This document shows, one piece after another, positions 54,263 to 63,722 of a stretch of DNA of 64,000 nt. The DNA is taken from contig CBDICC010000020.1 of assembly GCA_965277185.1 (NCBI GenBank), positions 63,145 through 127,144 on the forward strand. The letters are read 5' to 3'. A program made the position numbers and the translations under genes. The notes beneath the pieces were generated by a model. It did not search any database. It was not told the origin of the DNA and saw nothing but the letters and a program-made list of their open reading frames with translations. Every line of letters begins with the position of its first letter. Positions within the stretch are counted from its first letter, which is position 1. This stretch comes from Cytophagales bacterium (lineage in GTDB: Bacteria > Bacteroidota > Bacteroidia > Cytophagales > JAHDFW01).

Positions 54263-56413
54263 TTAGAATCGAATTACTTTTTTCGTAATCGTACCAGACT
54301 GAGTTTTGATTTTAACAAAATATACACCAGAATTGGATACATCAATTAGCTCGCTTAGCTTAACTGTGTGACGACCGTTTGCGTAGAAAGCAGTGTTGCT
54401 ATAAAGTTGAGCTCCAACCACGTTATATACGCTGATTTCCATGTCAGATCCTTTCATCACATTCAAGTTAATGTTTGCATCATCACTAAATGGATTTGGA
54501 TATACATCCATAAATACATTTTGCTCTTCAGCAATACCAACTTTGTCACTGCATCCTACGTTAATGTCATCAATGTAGAAGTAGTTTCCACCTCCTGTAG
54601 TAAATTCAATTTTTACAAGGATATTGTCCTGACCAGCATATTGAGAAAGACCAATTACCTCTTCATTCCATTGCTCAGATGTAGGAATAAAATCCGAAGT
54701 ATTGTTATCACTTCCAGAAGTGTTTATTCCACTTGCAGAAGCAGCATGTACAAATGTCCAGTTTTCACCACAATTTTTACTTACGTAAATTCCAATTTGA
54801 TCTACACTTCCACTAAAACGAGGAGCATATGCGTATTTGTAGCTCATTTCAAAACAATCGGCATTTGTGAAATCAATAGTAGGGGAAGTCATGGAGTATA
54901 CATAGTTACTCCCAACACCCGATAGTTTTAAGCTGTAACTTAACAAACCAGAAGCGGAAGCCTTGTCACTTAAAGTCCAAGATGCATTTTGATGTCCATC
55001 TGCTACTACCCATTCTTTCACAGGATCAGAAACTGTTGGGAAATTACCGTTTTCAAAGTTTTCATAGAAAGGAGCTTCTTCTCCGCCTGCTACTGCACCT
55101 ACCGTAATAATACTGGTCTTGCTATTTTCATCAGAACCACCAGAATTGGAAGCCGTTAATTTTACCGTATACGTTCCAGGATTTGGATATGCATATACAG
55201 GATCTTGATCCGTAGAAGTTCCAGTACCATCACCAAAATCCCATGCCCACGTATCAGGAGTACCATCGTATGAAATATCCGTAAATGTTACGTTTGCATT
55301 TGCACAAACTAAATCATCACTCCACTGAAATTCAGCAGTTGGAGGGTAATTGTAAGGTCCACATGTATCACAATTTCCTGTCGAGATCAAGTTACTTTCA
55401 GTCCAGATATTGGTTCGACCATTATATGGAGAAGAAGATAAAGTAGATCGCACATATGCTTTCTGACCATTTGTAAAGTTTTCAGCAGAACAAAATGCGT
55501 AATCCATGATGTTGTTAATGTTGTCATGAATTTCACCATTACCTGCAGGCCATACATCGTATGTGTCAAGGTAGTCTCTAAAAGGTACTGGAGAATCACT
55601 ACAAGAATTACGTGTTGTACTTAACCCACTTGTACAATTGTAAGAATTCCCTCTAGTATTTGGAGTGTCGTCAATACCATCATCTAAACTACAGTTCGTA
55701 GATAAATCAGCATCGTTGCTAGGACCCCATGGGTGCTCTAGTCCTAACCAGTGTCCACATTCGTGAGCTAAATCGGTTAACTGATTATTTAACATTACAA
55801 TTCCATCCAAATTGTTGGAAATTCCAGGAAGATGAGACCATCCACCAGCGCCAGAAGCAATACTTCTTACAATCCAAATGTTTAGATATCTAGTGTTATC
55901 CCACTGAACAACGCTTTTTACAGTGTTTGAAGCATCAACGGTAAGAGGAGTGTGATTTAGGGTAATTCCTTGCGTCAAGTTTCCAGCCGGATCTTTACTA
56001 GCCAATACAAATTCAATATTAGTGTTCCCTGAGATCAAATCAAAAGGAGCTTGGATGCTTAAACTATCTTCATTTCGGAAGTGTGCATTGATCTCATCCA
56101 TAGCGTTAAAATATCTTGAACGATTATTAATGAAATCAGTATAAACCGATCCATAATCATGCATAATATGAATTACCACAGGAATTTTGTAAACATATTC
56201 TCCCGTTTTAACTCCAGGGTTAGCTTTTTGCTTTGCCACATATTTTCTGTAAAGATCATGTGTGATTTGATGTTTTAAGCTAAGTGTTGGATCTTGAGCA
56301 CGTGCCTCGGCATCATGTTCCGACTGGCTACAAGTCCGATGATTCGTCTGCGATGATTGACCAAAAGCAATCACACTGCTAATAACCCCTAATAGTAAAA
56401 ATAACTTTTTCAT
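54263..56413 (-). CDS. M43-family zinc metalloprotease with a PKD domain and a T9SS type-A C-terminal sorting domain
   Basis: 716 aa. Signal peptide; 'YKIPVVIHIMHD'; zinc site 'HECGHWLGLEHPWGP'; PKD 'WAWDFGDGTGTSTDQDPVYAYPNPGTYTVKLTASN'; C-terminal 'VYPNPFSDDANINL...GVYFVKIKTQSGTITKKVIRF'. Confidence 0.8.
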   Translation of the reverse strand: MKKLFLLLGVISSVIAFGQSSQTNHRTCSQSEHDAEARAQDPTLSLKHQITHDLYRKYVAKQKANPGVKTGEYVYKIPVVIHIMHDYGSVYTDFINNRSRYFNAMDEINAHFRNEDSLSIQAPFDLISGNTNIEFVLASKDPAGNLTQGITLNHTPLTVDASNTVKSVVQWDNTRYLNIWIVRSIASGAGGWSHLPGISNNLDGIVMLNNQLTDLAHECGHWLGLEHPWGPSNDADLSTNCSLDDGIDDTPNTRGNSYNCTSGLSTTRNSCSDSPVPFRDYLDTYDVWPAGNGEIHDNINNIMDYAFCSAENFTNGQKAYVRSTLSSSPYNGRTNIWTESNLISTGNCDTCGPYNYPPTAEFQWSDDLVCANANVTFTDISYDGTPDTWAWDFGDGTGTSTDQDPVYAYPNPGTYTVKLTASNSGGSDENSKTSIITVGAVAGGEEAPFYENFENGNFPTVSDPVKEWVVADGHQNASWTLSDKASASGLLSYSLKLSGVGSNYVYSMTSPTIDFTNADCFEMSYKYAYAPRFSGSVDQIGIYVSKNCGENWTFVHAASASGINTSGSDNNTSDFIPTSEQWNEEVIGLSQYAGQDNILVKIEFTTGGGNYFYIDDINVGCSDKVGIAEEQNVFMDVYPNPFSDDANINLNVMKGSDMEISVYNVVGAQLYSNTAFYANGRHTVKLSELIDVSNSGVYFVKIKTQSGTITKKVIRF

Positions 56414-56517
56414 AATGACATTATTTGATGGTAAAATAGAAAATGAATTCGGGTAAATCTTTTAAGAATTTAACCGAAAACATCTACATTATCGTTTTTT
56501 ATCCCCTTCGTTCAAAA

Positions 56518-58653
56518 TTAATACTTAATCAACTTACGGGTAACATTTTGTCCTTGTGTATTAAGTGATACAAAATAAACACCTTTTTCCAATTTGGCAA
56601 GAATTTCAGGTCGTAAATCATTGCTTCCAGTACGTAATGTTACTTGTTCCGAATGGAGCAATTGTCCAACAGTATTACGAATGGTCAATTGTGTTTGCTG
56701 AGTACTGGCAGATTCAATATGCAATGTGGCAGATTGATCAAACGGATTTGGGAAGATGGAGAAATGATTAAATAAAACATCCTCAATCCCTGTAATGTCT
56801 GCACATCCTACATTGATATCATCTAGGTAGATGTAATTTCCTCCACTACCTGTACCAACTTCTATTCGTAATAAAATATGATCCTGACCAGCAACAGATG
56901 TTAATGAAACATTTGCTTCCTCCCATTGAGAACTGTCTGGTACAAACACTCCACTATAAAAATTACCATTTACAGTACTCAAATTGCTTCCGCTTCGGCT
57001 AAATACTTTTGTCCATTTTTGACCGCAATTTTTACTTGCATAAACGTTCAATTCATCGTTTTCTGCTGTTTGAAATTGTTCTGCGTATGCATATTTAAAT
57101 GTAAGATTCAAGCAGTTCGAGGCATCAGAAAAATCAATCGTTGGAGAGAGAAGTTCCACAGAATGTCCCGGAGGCATATTTCCTAGACGTAGCGAGATGG
57201 ATTTAGACCCAGAAGATGCAGCGGCAGTTGTCACGGCAAACTTGGATGATGTTGTACTTGAGATTGCCCAATCCTTTTCAGGTACGCTTCCGCTAGGAAA
57301 TCCTGAATTTTCAAAACTCTCAACAACCGGCGCAATTTCACCACCTACGGTTGCTAATACCGTAATGATACCAAATTTAGTTTCCGTATTTCCTCCAAAG
57401 GAGTTGGTAGCGGTTAGCTTTACAGTATAAGTACCTGTAGTCGTATATGTGTGCGCTGGGTTTTCATCGCTAGATACATTCCCATCTCCGAAATCCCAAG
57501 AATACGTATCAACGTCCGCGTTGTAAGTAAAGTTGGTAAATTGGATGGCTGCATTTTGACAAACAGTTTCAGCATCGTAAATAAAATCTGGAATAGGTTT
57601 ACAAGCTCCAGTAGTGGAAGTGTCGGTTGTACCTGTCGCAATTAAGTTTGCTTCTGTCCAAAGGTTATCTCGGCTAGACACCCCGGACTCTAATGTTCCA
57701 CGCATCCACAATTTCTGTCCTTCTGTAAAGTTTTCTGCTGAACAAAAAGCATAGCCCATGTAATTTTGAACATTGTCATACAATTCACCACTTGACGAAG
57801 GCCACAATACGGTATTGTCCATTTTTAGAAATGGAATTGGGTCTCCAGGACATGAATTCGGAACAGTGTTTCCACAGCTTTGTGCTCCAATTGTATTTGG
57901 TGTATCGTCTACTCCATCGTCGAAATTACAGTTGGACGCAACTCCTGGGTCATTGGTTGGTCCCCAAGGGTGATCCAATCCTAAATAATGTCCTAATTCA
58001 TGGATTAAAGAGCTTAATTGCCCTGCCAGAATTACGATCCCGTCACTGGTTGCATTGATTGGTGGAGTAAAAGAATATCCACCTGCACCACTTGCAATTG
58101 TTTTAACCACCCAAACATTCAAATATTTAGATCGATCCCACGTAGGAGCAACGCTTGATTTCATTCCTTCTCCTCCGGCATTGGTCCAAGTAGGGGAATA
58201 AACTCTATTGATTCCTCCCGTACATTCACCATTTGGGTCAATTTTTGCGAGTTGAAGTTCAATTCTTGTATCAGGATGAATCTGGTCAAAAGGAGATTGA
58301 ATAAAAGATGTATCCGCATTTCGCTTTCTAAATGCGTCATTGGTTTCTTTGATTGTAGCTAAAATTGTTTGTTCAGATATATTTGCCGTTCCATATTCAT
58401 GAATTACATGAAATACAACTGGAATCCGATAAAGTGGCTCAGCTGTTTTATTTCCCGATTGCCTGTGTTGCTCTGTATATGCTTTTCGAAACTGATTTAG
58501 CTTCGCTTTTTCAACCTCATACTGTGGGTTATTTTGAATAAACTCATCGGACATGGAATGGGTGTGACACCATCCAGATCCAGTCTGGTTTTGGGCAAAC
58601 GCAAAATTCAAACCAATGATTCCTGCAAATGCCAGTAGTAAACTTTTTTTCAT
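56518..58653 (-). CDS. M43-family zinc metalloprotease with a PKD domain and a T9SS type-A C-terminal sorting domain (paralog)
   Basis: 711 aa. 'YRIPVVFHVIHE'; 'HELGHYLGLDHPWGP'; PKD 'YSWDFGDGNVSSDENPAHTYTTTGTYTVKLTATN'; C-terminal 'IFPNPFDQSATLHI...GVYFVSLNTQGQNVTRKLIKY'. Confidence 0.8.
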   Translation of the reverse strand: MKKSLLLAFAGIIGLNFAFAQNQTGSGWCHTHSMSDEFIQNNPQYEVEKAKLNQFRKAYTEQHRQSGNKTAEPLYRIPVVFHVIHEYGTANISEQTILATIKETNDAFRKRNADTSFIQSPFDQIHPDTRIELQLAKIDPNGECTGGINRVYSPTWTNAGGEGMKSSVAPTWDRSKYLNVWVVKTIASGAGGYSFTPPINATSDGIVILAGQLSSLIHELGHYLGLDHPWGPTNDPGVASNCNFDDGVDDTPNTIGAQSCGNTVPNSCPGDPIPFLKMDNTVLWPSSSGELYDNVQNYMGYAFCSAENFTEGQKLWMRGTLESGVSSRDNLWTEANLIATGTTDTSTTGACKPIPDFIYDAETVCQNAAIQFTNFTYNADVDTYSWDFGDGNVSSDENPAHTYTTTGTYTVKLTATNSFGGNTETKFGIITVLATVGGEIAPVVESFENSGFPSGSVPEKDWAISSTTSSKFAVTTAAASSGSKSISLRLGNMPPGHSVELLSPTIDFSDASNCLNLTFKYAYAEQFQTAENDELNVYASKNCGQKWTKVFSRSGSNLSTVNGNFYSGVFVPDSSQWEEANVSLTSVAGQDHILLRIEVGTGSGGNYIYLDDINVGCADITGIEDVLFNHFSIFPNPFDQSATLHIESASTQQTQLTIRNTVGQLLHSEQVTLRTGSNDLRPEILAKLEKGVYFVSLNTQGQNVTRKLIKY

Positions 58654-58759
58654 AACAACTAGATTTAATTATATTATAAAACTCCAAAGAAACTATTTTG
58701 GTTCATTTAGCTACTTAGCTAGTGCCTATGCGACTAAATGAACACCATTCTTATGTGTC

Positions 58760-60892
58760 TTAGAATTGGATAATTTTCTTGTAAAAATGCGTTTGACCTT
58801 GTCGAGATCCTGAATTTTCAGATTTGATCGATAAGAAATAAACCCCTTTACCTTCTAATTCCTGAGAAGGAATAAGCACATTGTTGGCTCCAGGAGTACT
58901 AAGTATATTTCGAGAATATACTTGCTTACCAATTGAATTGAATACTTCCATCGTTAGATTCTCGACTACTCCAGTGTTAAATTCGACATTAAATGATCCG
59001 CTGGAAGGGTTTGGATGCACATTGAAAGCATTATTTGTAAATTCTTCAGTGACATCCAAGAAGTTCGAAGCATCCGCACATCCGATATTGATGTCATCCA
59101 CATATATAATGTTCCCTGCACCGCTAATCGCTTCAAAACGAACTAATACATGATCGTCTCCAACATAACTGCTAATATTGATTTCTGTTTCACGCCATTC
59201 ATCATCGCTTTGTGGAACATATGAGTAGGAAATTAAATCAGATGTAGTAGCCAATTGTCCACCCGAAACGAAGTACGCTACGTCCCAGCTTTTTCCGCAA
59301 TCGGTAGAGATCATTACTTTTAAAACATCATTGTCAAACGCAGTTTTTTGTGCGTATGCGTGACGGAAAGTAATGGTATTACAATTCATTACCGTTGAAA
59401 AATCAAGATATGGACTAATAATACTGGAACTTTCTCCGGTTGGGATAGAGGAGTTTTTCACTCGTACACTTTGATTTCCTGTAGAACTGGCAAAGCTATT
59501 CTGAATCCATCCAGAAGTAGAAGTATTAACCAAGCTCCATGATTCATCAAGATTGTTGAAGATGTCATCAGATTCAAACCCTTCACCATAAGGAGAAGGT
59601 AAACTTTGATCTGTACCTATTACTTCTATATAGGAAGTTCGAGTAGTGGTATCGGAACCATATGTATTATTTGTAACAGCAAGTGTTACTTGATAAATTC
59701 CAGGTGTGTTGTAAATGATGGAAGGGTTCGTTGCCGATGAAGTGGCAGGAGTACCTCCTTCAAAATCCCAAGCATAGCTATGTACTGTTTCACCAAAGGA
59801 TTCATCCGCGAACAATACGTTCTCGCCTTGACAAACGATTTGAGTATTTGAAGCAAAATCAGCCGTAGGTGGACACGTTACTATGGAATGACCATCTTCC
59901 GTACCTGTTTCAAGTCGATTGGTAGGTGTCCATAGATTATTTCTGCCATTAACCGAATTATTAAGCGTAGCACGCACATAATCCATTTGACCATTTGTAA
60001 AGTTCTCAGCTGAACAGAATCCATAATCCATTATGTTTTGAGCATTGTCAATTACATCCCCAGTCCAGTAAGTTACTCCAGCGGTATCTACATAAGTTAC
60101 ATCTGTGCAAGAGTTACGACTAGTAGAACAAAAAGACTGACCTAATGTATTTGGCGTATCGTCGATGTCGTCATCCAAACTACAATTTCCTGAAGCATTT
60201 GCGTCATTAGAAGGTCCCCATGGATGATTTAATCCTAACCAATGACCAGCTTCGTGACTCAATGCAGATAATTGACCGTATCGAACGACGATTCCATCAA
60301 TATTGTCGTTTACTGGAGGAGTATAAGAATAACCTCCTGCTCCACTACCAATATTACGAACTACCCAAATATTTAAGTATTTTTCATTATCCCATCTAAC
60401 GAGATTTTTCACGCCATCATCAGCTCCAGAAGTCATTGAAGATTGAGTTCTAGTGATTCCGTTTGAACATTTTCCGTCAGGATCAAGTCGAGCTCTTCTA
60501 AATTCAATACGCGTATCAGGATGGAAATTTCGAAATGGGAGTACTACGTTGACTGAATCGGCATTGTCCTTTCGGAAATCGCGATTCATGAAATCAATTG
60601 CGCTCTGTACCGTATTCTCAGAGATGTTTTCCGGACCATTATCATGTATTATATGAAAAACAATTGGAATGACTAATACAGGCTCTCCAGTCTTATTTGC
60701 AGAATAATGTGAGGCAATATAAGATTTAATTGAAGCCTTATATTGATCTCGCTTGATTAAAAGTGACGGATCTTCCGCAGCTCGTTCGTCCCACTTGGAA
60801 TGTGCGTGACACCAGTTTGTAATTTGTTGAGCTTCCGAGGAAGCCATGCAAATGGTAAGTATACCAAAAACAATAAGTACCCTTCTCATCAT
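58760..60892 (-). CDS. M43-family zinc metalloprotease with a PKD domain and a T9SS type-A C-terminal sorting domain (paralog)
   Basis: 710 aa. 'LVIPIVFHIIHD'; 'HEAGHWLGLNHPWGP'; PKD-like 'YAWDFEGGTPATSSATNPSIIYNTPGIYQVTLAVTN'; C-terminal 'VHPNPSSGSFNVEF...GVYFLSIKSENSGSRQ...KKIIQF'. Confidence 0.8.
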   Translation of the reverse strand: MMRRVLIVFGILTICMASSEAQQITNWCHAHSKWDERAAEDPSLLIKRDQYKASIKSYIASHYSANKTGEPVLVIPIVFHIIHDNGPENISENTVQSAIDFMNRDFRKDNADSVNVVLPFRNFHPDTRIEFRRARLDPDGKCSNGITRTQSSMTSGADDGVKNLVRWDNEKYLNIWVVRNIGSGAGGYSYTPPVNDNIDGIVVRYGQLSALSHEAGHWLGLNHPWGPSNDANASGNCSLDDDIDDTPNTLGQSFCSTSRNSCTDVTYVDTAGVTYWTGDVIDNAQNIMDYGFCSAENFTNGQMDYVRATLNNSVNGRNNLWTPTNRLETGTEDGHSIVTCPPTADFASNTQIVCQGENVLFADESFGETVHSYAWDFEGGTPATSSATNPSIIYNTPGIYQVTLAVTNNTYGSDTTTRTSYIEVIGTDQSLPSPYGEGFESDDIFNNLDESWSLVNTSTSGWIQNSFASSTGNQSVRVKNSSIPTGESSSIISPYLDFSTVMNCNTITFRHAYAQKTAFDNDVLKVMISTDCGKSWDVAYFVSGGQLATTSDLISYSYVPQSDDEWRETEINISSYVGDDHVLVRFEAISGAGNIIYVDDINIGCADASNFLDVTEEFTNNAFNVHPNPSSGSFNVEFNTGVVENLTMEVFNSIGKQVYSRNILSTPGANNVLIPSQELEGKGVYFLSIKSENSGSRQGQTHFYKKIIQF

Positions 60893-61132
60893 TTTATTAT
60901 AGTTTAAATTAATGAATTAAATATTGGTGGTAATACGACTTTCCCTACGTATACGATATGTTCGCTTAAGTTTACTTTGCGTAACGAAAACTTAAATGCT
61001 TCGCAATATAAGCAAATTAATTACAAATCAATTCCAATTTTAGTTCAAATCGACCAAAGAAAATAGCTATTCGACGAACATATTAGTGTTAAAATAACGG
61101 TCTGTTTTATAGCTTGTTAAGGGGGAAAGGTT

Positions 61133-61166
61133 GAAAAAAAAAGAGCCTGACATTTGTCAGGCTCTC
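61133..61166 (-). terminator. rho-independent terminator of the 61195..63324 metalloprotease gene
   Basis: Stem agagcctgac(61142-61151)/gtcaggctct(61156-61165) with a 4-nt loop. The plus-strand A9 run at 61134-61142 gives a T9 run after the hairpin on the minus strand, 30 nt after the stop. Confidence 0.6.
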
Positions 61167-61194
61167 CAGTCTTTTGAATATGTTCTATTTCTTA

Positions 61195-63324
61195 TTAGAA
61201 TTTCACAATTTTTCTGGTTACGAAATCATCTCCATTTCCAATTCGTAAGAAGTAAACACCATTATCTAATTTCATTAAAGAAGACAACGCAAAATTGTTT
61301 TTACCCGCTGTAAATACTTTTTGCTTGTTGTAAATAACTTTACCAACCACGTCCACAATTTGAATGTTCATTGTGTTGGTCTTACTTAAGTTTAACTCAA
61401 TAAAAGCATCTTCTTCAAACGGATTTGGGTAAATGCTAAGATCAGTGCTTAGAGATTCTTCAATTCCTGTCGTTTTACAACCTATATCAATATTGTCTAG
61501 ATAAAAATAATTTCCAGCACCGGTAGTTAATTCAAATTTAATTAATCCATGATCTCTACCTACAAGAGAAATTAAAGAAACGGTTTCCCTTTTCCATTCA
61601 GTATCTGTAGGGGTAAATATTCCAGAAATTAAGTTGCCTCCAACGGTTGAAAGAGTACTGGCAGGTCTGGCAAGTAATAAATTCCAAGTAACACCACAAT
61701 CACGACTAGAATAAACACGCAATTCATCGGAACTCAATGAAGTTCGCTGCGCGTAAGCATAATCAAATGTCATGTCATTACAATCCGCATTGGTGAAATC
61801 CAGAGTAGGAGATATTATTTCGTATTCATAGAAACTTCCAATCGAAGACAGCTTTAAAGCGAAACTCGCATCTAAACTGGAAGAAACACTTGTATTACGG
61901 GTCCAGCTTGAATTGTTATTTCCGTTTATAACGGTCCATTCCTTATTAGGGTCTGAAACCGTTGGGAAATTTTCATCTTCGAAGTTCTCAACAAAAGGAG
62001 CAACTTCGCCACCGGACGTAGGCAATACATTTATAAAGTTTGTTTTCGTATGTGTGTTTGGATTTGATCCATCACTAACCGTCAATGAAACAGTATACGT
62101 TCCTGCTGTAGCAAATAAAACGTTACTAGGATTTTGTACATTTGAAGTTGTTCCATTTCCAAAATCCCATAACCATGAAGTGATTGTACCTCCACCAGAC
62201 AAGTCCGTAAATTGAAGCGTAGAACCTTCACATAGTATTTCCTGGCAATTACTTTCCTTAAAATTAGCACATGGAGTTTCAACAAAAGCATCATCGGTCC
62301 CGGTAGCAATTAAATTGGCACTGGTATACAAATCTTTTAGCTCAACACTTCCAGCTAAAGCAGCATCTGTTCTTTCTTTTTGACCTAAACTAAACATATT
62401 TTGGCAATCGGCATAACTCATGTAATTTTCAATAGGATTTACTGGATTGCTTGGTAAGCCTCCGTCTAAACCAGTTCCCGAGTCATTACAATTATTCAAG
62501 GAAGTAGGGCATCCAAATGTGGCTTGAGCTTCTTGAGGTGTGTCACAAACTTCATCACCTCCGGAAGTACAACTATTCGTACATCCATCTTGATGCGTAT
62601 GATACAATCCAAAGCAATGACCGATCTCATGTGTGGCAGTACGACTATTAGAATTGCTAAATTCAGAAGCAATTACAACAAATCCGAAGGTGTTTAGGGA
62701 ACTTCCAAATCCAGTCCAACTTGGGAACTGTGCATAACCTAAAGTTATACCTCCGCCAAAGCCACCATCAATACTTTGTACAACCCAAATATTGAAATAT
62801 TTGGTAGCATTCCAGTAACTAACTGATTTTACAGCATCATCTGCATCATACGTAAGATCGGAATTGGAACGCGTAATACCGCTGGTGCAATTTCCATTTG
62901 GATCTATTTTAGCAAGCTTAAATTCCACTTCTAAATCCGTTGCATAAGGCTTGAAAACGGCCCTGGTATCAACGGTGTCTGAATTCTCTCTTCTGAAATC
63001 TTCGTTTAACGTTTCTACCGATGCTTTTATTTGCGCATCTGTAATGATATCACTACAAGAATTAGCAGGGTTTATAATGTGAACTACAATGGGAATCGTA
63101 TAAGAAGCAGGTCCGGTTCCTTTGTTTCCAGTTGGATGAGTATCGATCCACTCTCGTACTTTCTGATTGTAATGATCACGTTGCAATTGGAGGTTCGGAT
63201 CTTGAGCAGCTTTCTCTTGAAACTTTGATTCCGCTGCACACCAGCCTGGACCTCTTTGAGCAATACCGTTAAATGGCATTAAGGCAATAATTCCCAATAA
63301 AAGGAATAAGTAATTTTTTTTCAT
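61195..63324 (-). CDS. M43-family zinc metalloprotease with a PKD domain and a T9SS type-A C-terminal sorting domain (divergent paralog)
   Basis: About 710 aa from the ATG at 63324 ('MKKNYLFLLLGIIALMPFNGIAQ'). The ORF-track extension to 63393 is unlikely. 'YTIPIVVHIINP'; zinc site 'HEIGHCFGLYHTHQD' (ulilysin-like); PKD 'WLWDFGNGTTSNVQNPSNVLFATAGTYTVSLTVSD'; C-terminal 'IYPNPFEEDAFIEL...GVYFLRIGNGDDFVTRKIVKF'. Confidence 0.8.
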   Translation of the reverse strand: MKKNYLFLLLGIIALMPFNGIAQRGPGWCAAESKFQEKAAQDPNLQLQRDHYNQKVREWIDTHPTGNKGTGPASYTIPIVVHIINPANSCSDIITDAQIKASVETLNEDFRRENSDTVDTRAVFKPYATDLEVEFKLAKIDPNGNCTSGITRSNSDLTYDADDAVKSVSYWNATKYFNIWVVQSIDGGFGGGITLGYAQFPSWTGFGSSLNTFGFVVIASEFSNSNSRTATHEIGHCFGLYHTHQDGCTNSCTSGGDEVCDTPQEAQATFGCPTSLNNCNDSGTGLDGGLPSNPVNPIENYMSYADCQNMFSLGQKERTDAALAGSVELKDLYTSANLIATGTDDAFVETPCANFKESNCQEILCEGSTLQFTDLSGGGTITSWLWDFGNGTTSNVQNPSNVLFATAGTYTVSLTVSDGSNPNTHTKTNFINVLPTSGGEVAPFVENFEDENFPTVSDPNKEWTVINGNNNSSWTRNTSVSSSLDASFALKLSSIGSFYEYEIISPTLDFTNADCNDMTFDYAYAQRTSLSSDELRVYSSRDCGVTWNLLLARPASTLSTVGGNLISGIFTPTDTEWKRETVSLISLVGRDHGLIKFELTTGAGNYFYLDNIDIGCKTTGIEESLSTDLSIYPNPFEEDAFIELNLSKTNTMNIQIVDVVGKVIYNKQKVFTAGKNNFALSSLMKLDNGVYFLRIGNGDDFVTRKIVKF

Positions 63325-63626
63325 AACAACAACATTTAGTTTAAAGTATGTTAAGTAGCTTATAAAAGATAATAAAGCACTTAACAATAACAAATAGGAC
63401 TATAAAACTACGAAAAACTGTCGGATCTACAATAGATAAAAGGCAAAATGAAATATATCACTTTACTAAGAAGTATGTATTAGAACGAAGCGTTCCTAAT
63501 TTTAAACTAATAAGATGTAATTAGAGGGAAATAAACAAAAACAAAAAGGAATTGCTAAAGGAATGCGTTTTTTAGAGCAGAGCGCGAAAATTTGTTAAAG
63601 AGGTACAAAATCCTCTTTAAGCAAAA

Positions 63627-63664
63627 CGCTCGGATCCTCTGCCTTGTGACAAAGAATCCGAGCG
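63627..63664 (-). terminator. terminator candidate downstream of the partial paralog
   Basis: Stem cgctcggat(63627-63635)/atccgagcg(63656-63664) with a 20-nt loop. On the minus strand it is followed by TTTTGCTT. It lies about 60 nt after the stop at 63723. Confidence 0.35.
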
Positions 63665-63722
63665 AGTTCAGTTTGTTTCTATTTGGGGAAAACCTTTTTA
63701 AATAAAGGAATTCTAGTCCGTT

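Noticed and set aside
58701-58745. Inverted repeat gttcatttag...ctaaatgaac between two metalloprotease paralogs
   Set aside because: The 10-bp stem has a 23-nt loop and no adjacent T-run on the minus strand, so it is weak as an intrinsic terminator. I note it only as a possible structure.
63325-63393. 23-aa N-terminal extension ('MLLLSALLSFISYLTYFKLNVVV') of the 61195 metalloprotease ORF
   Set aside because: The downstream 'MKKNYLFLLLGIIALMPFNGIAQ' is a textbook signal peptide. It gives the same ~710-aa length as the three paralogs and is preceded by an A-rich upstream region.
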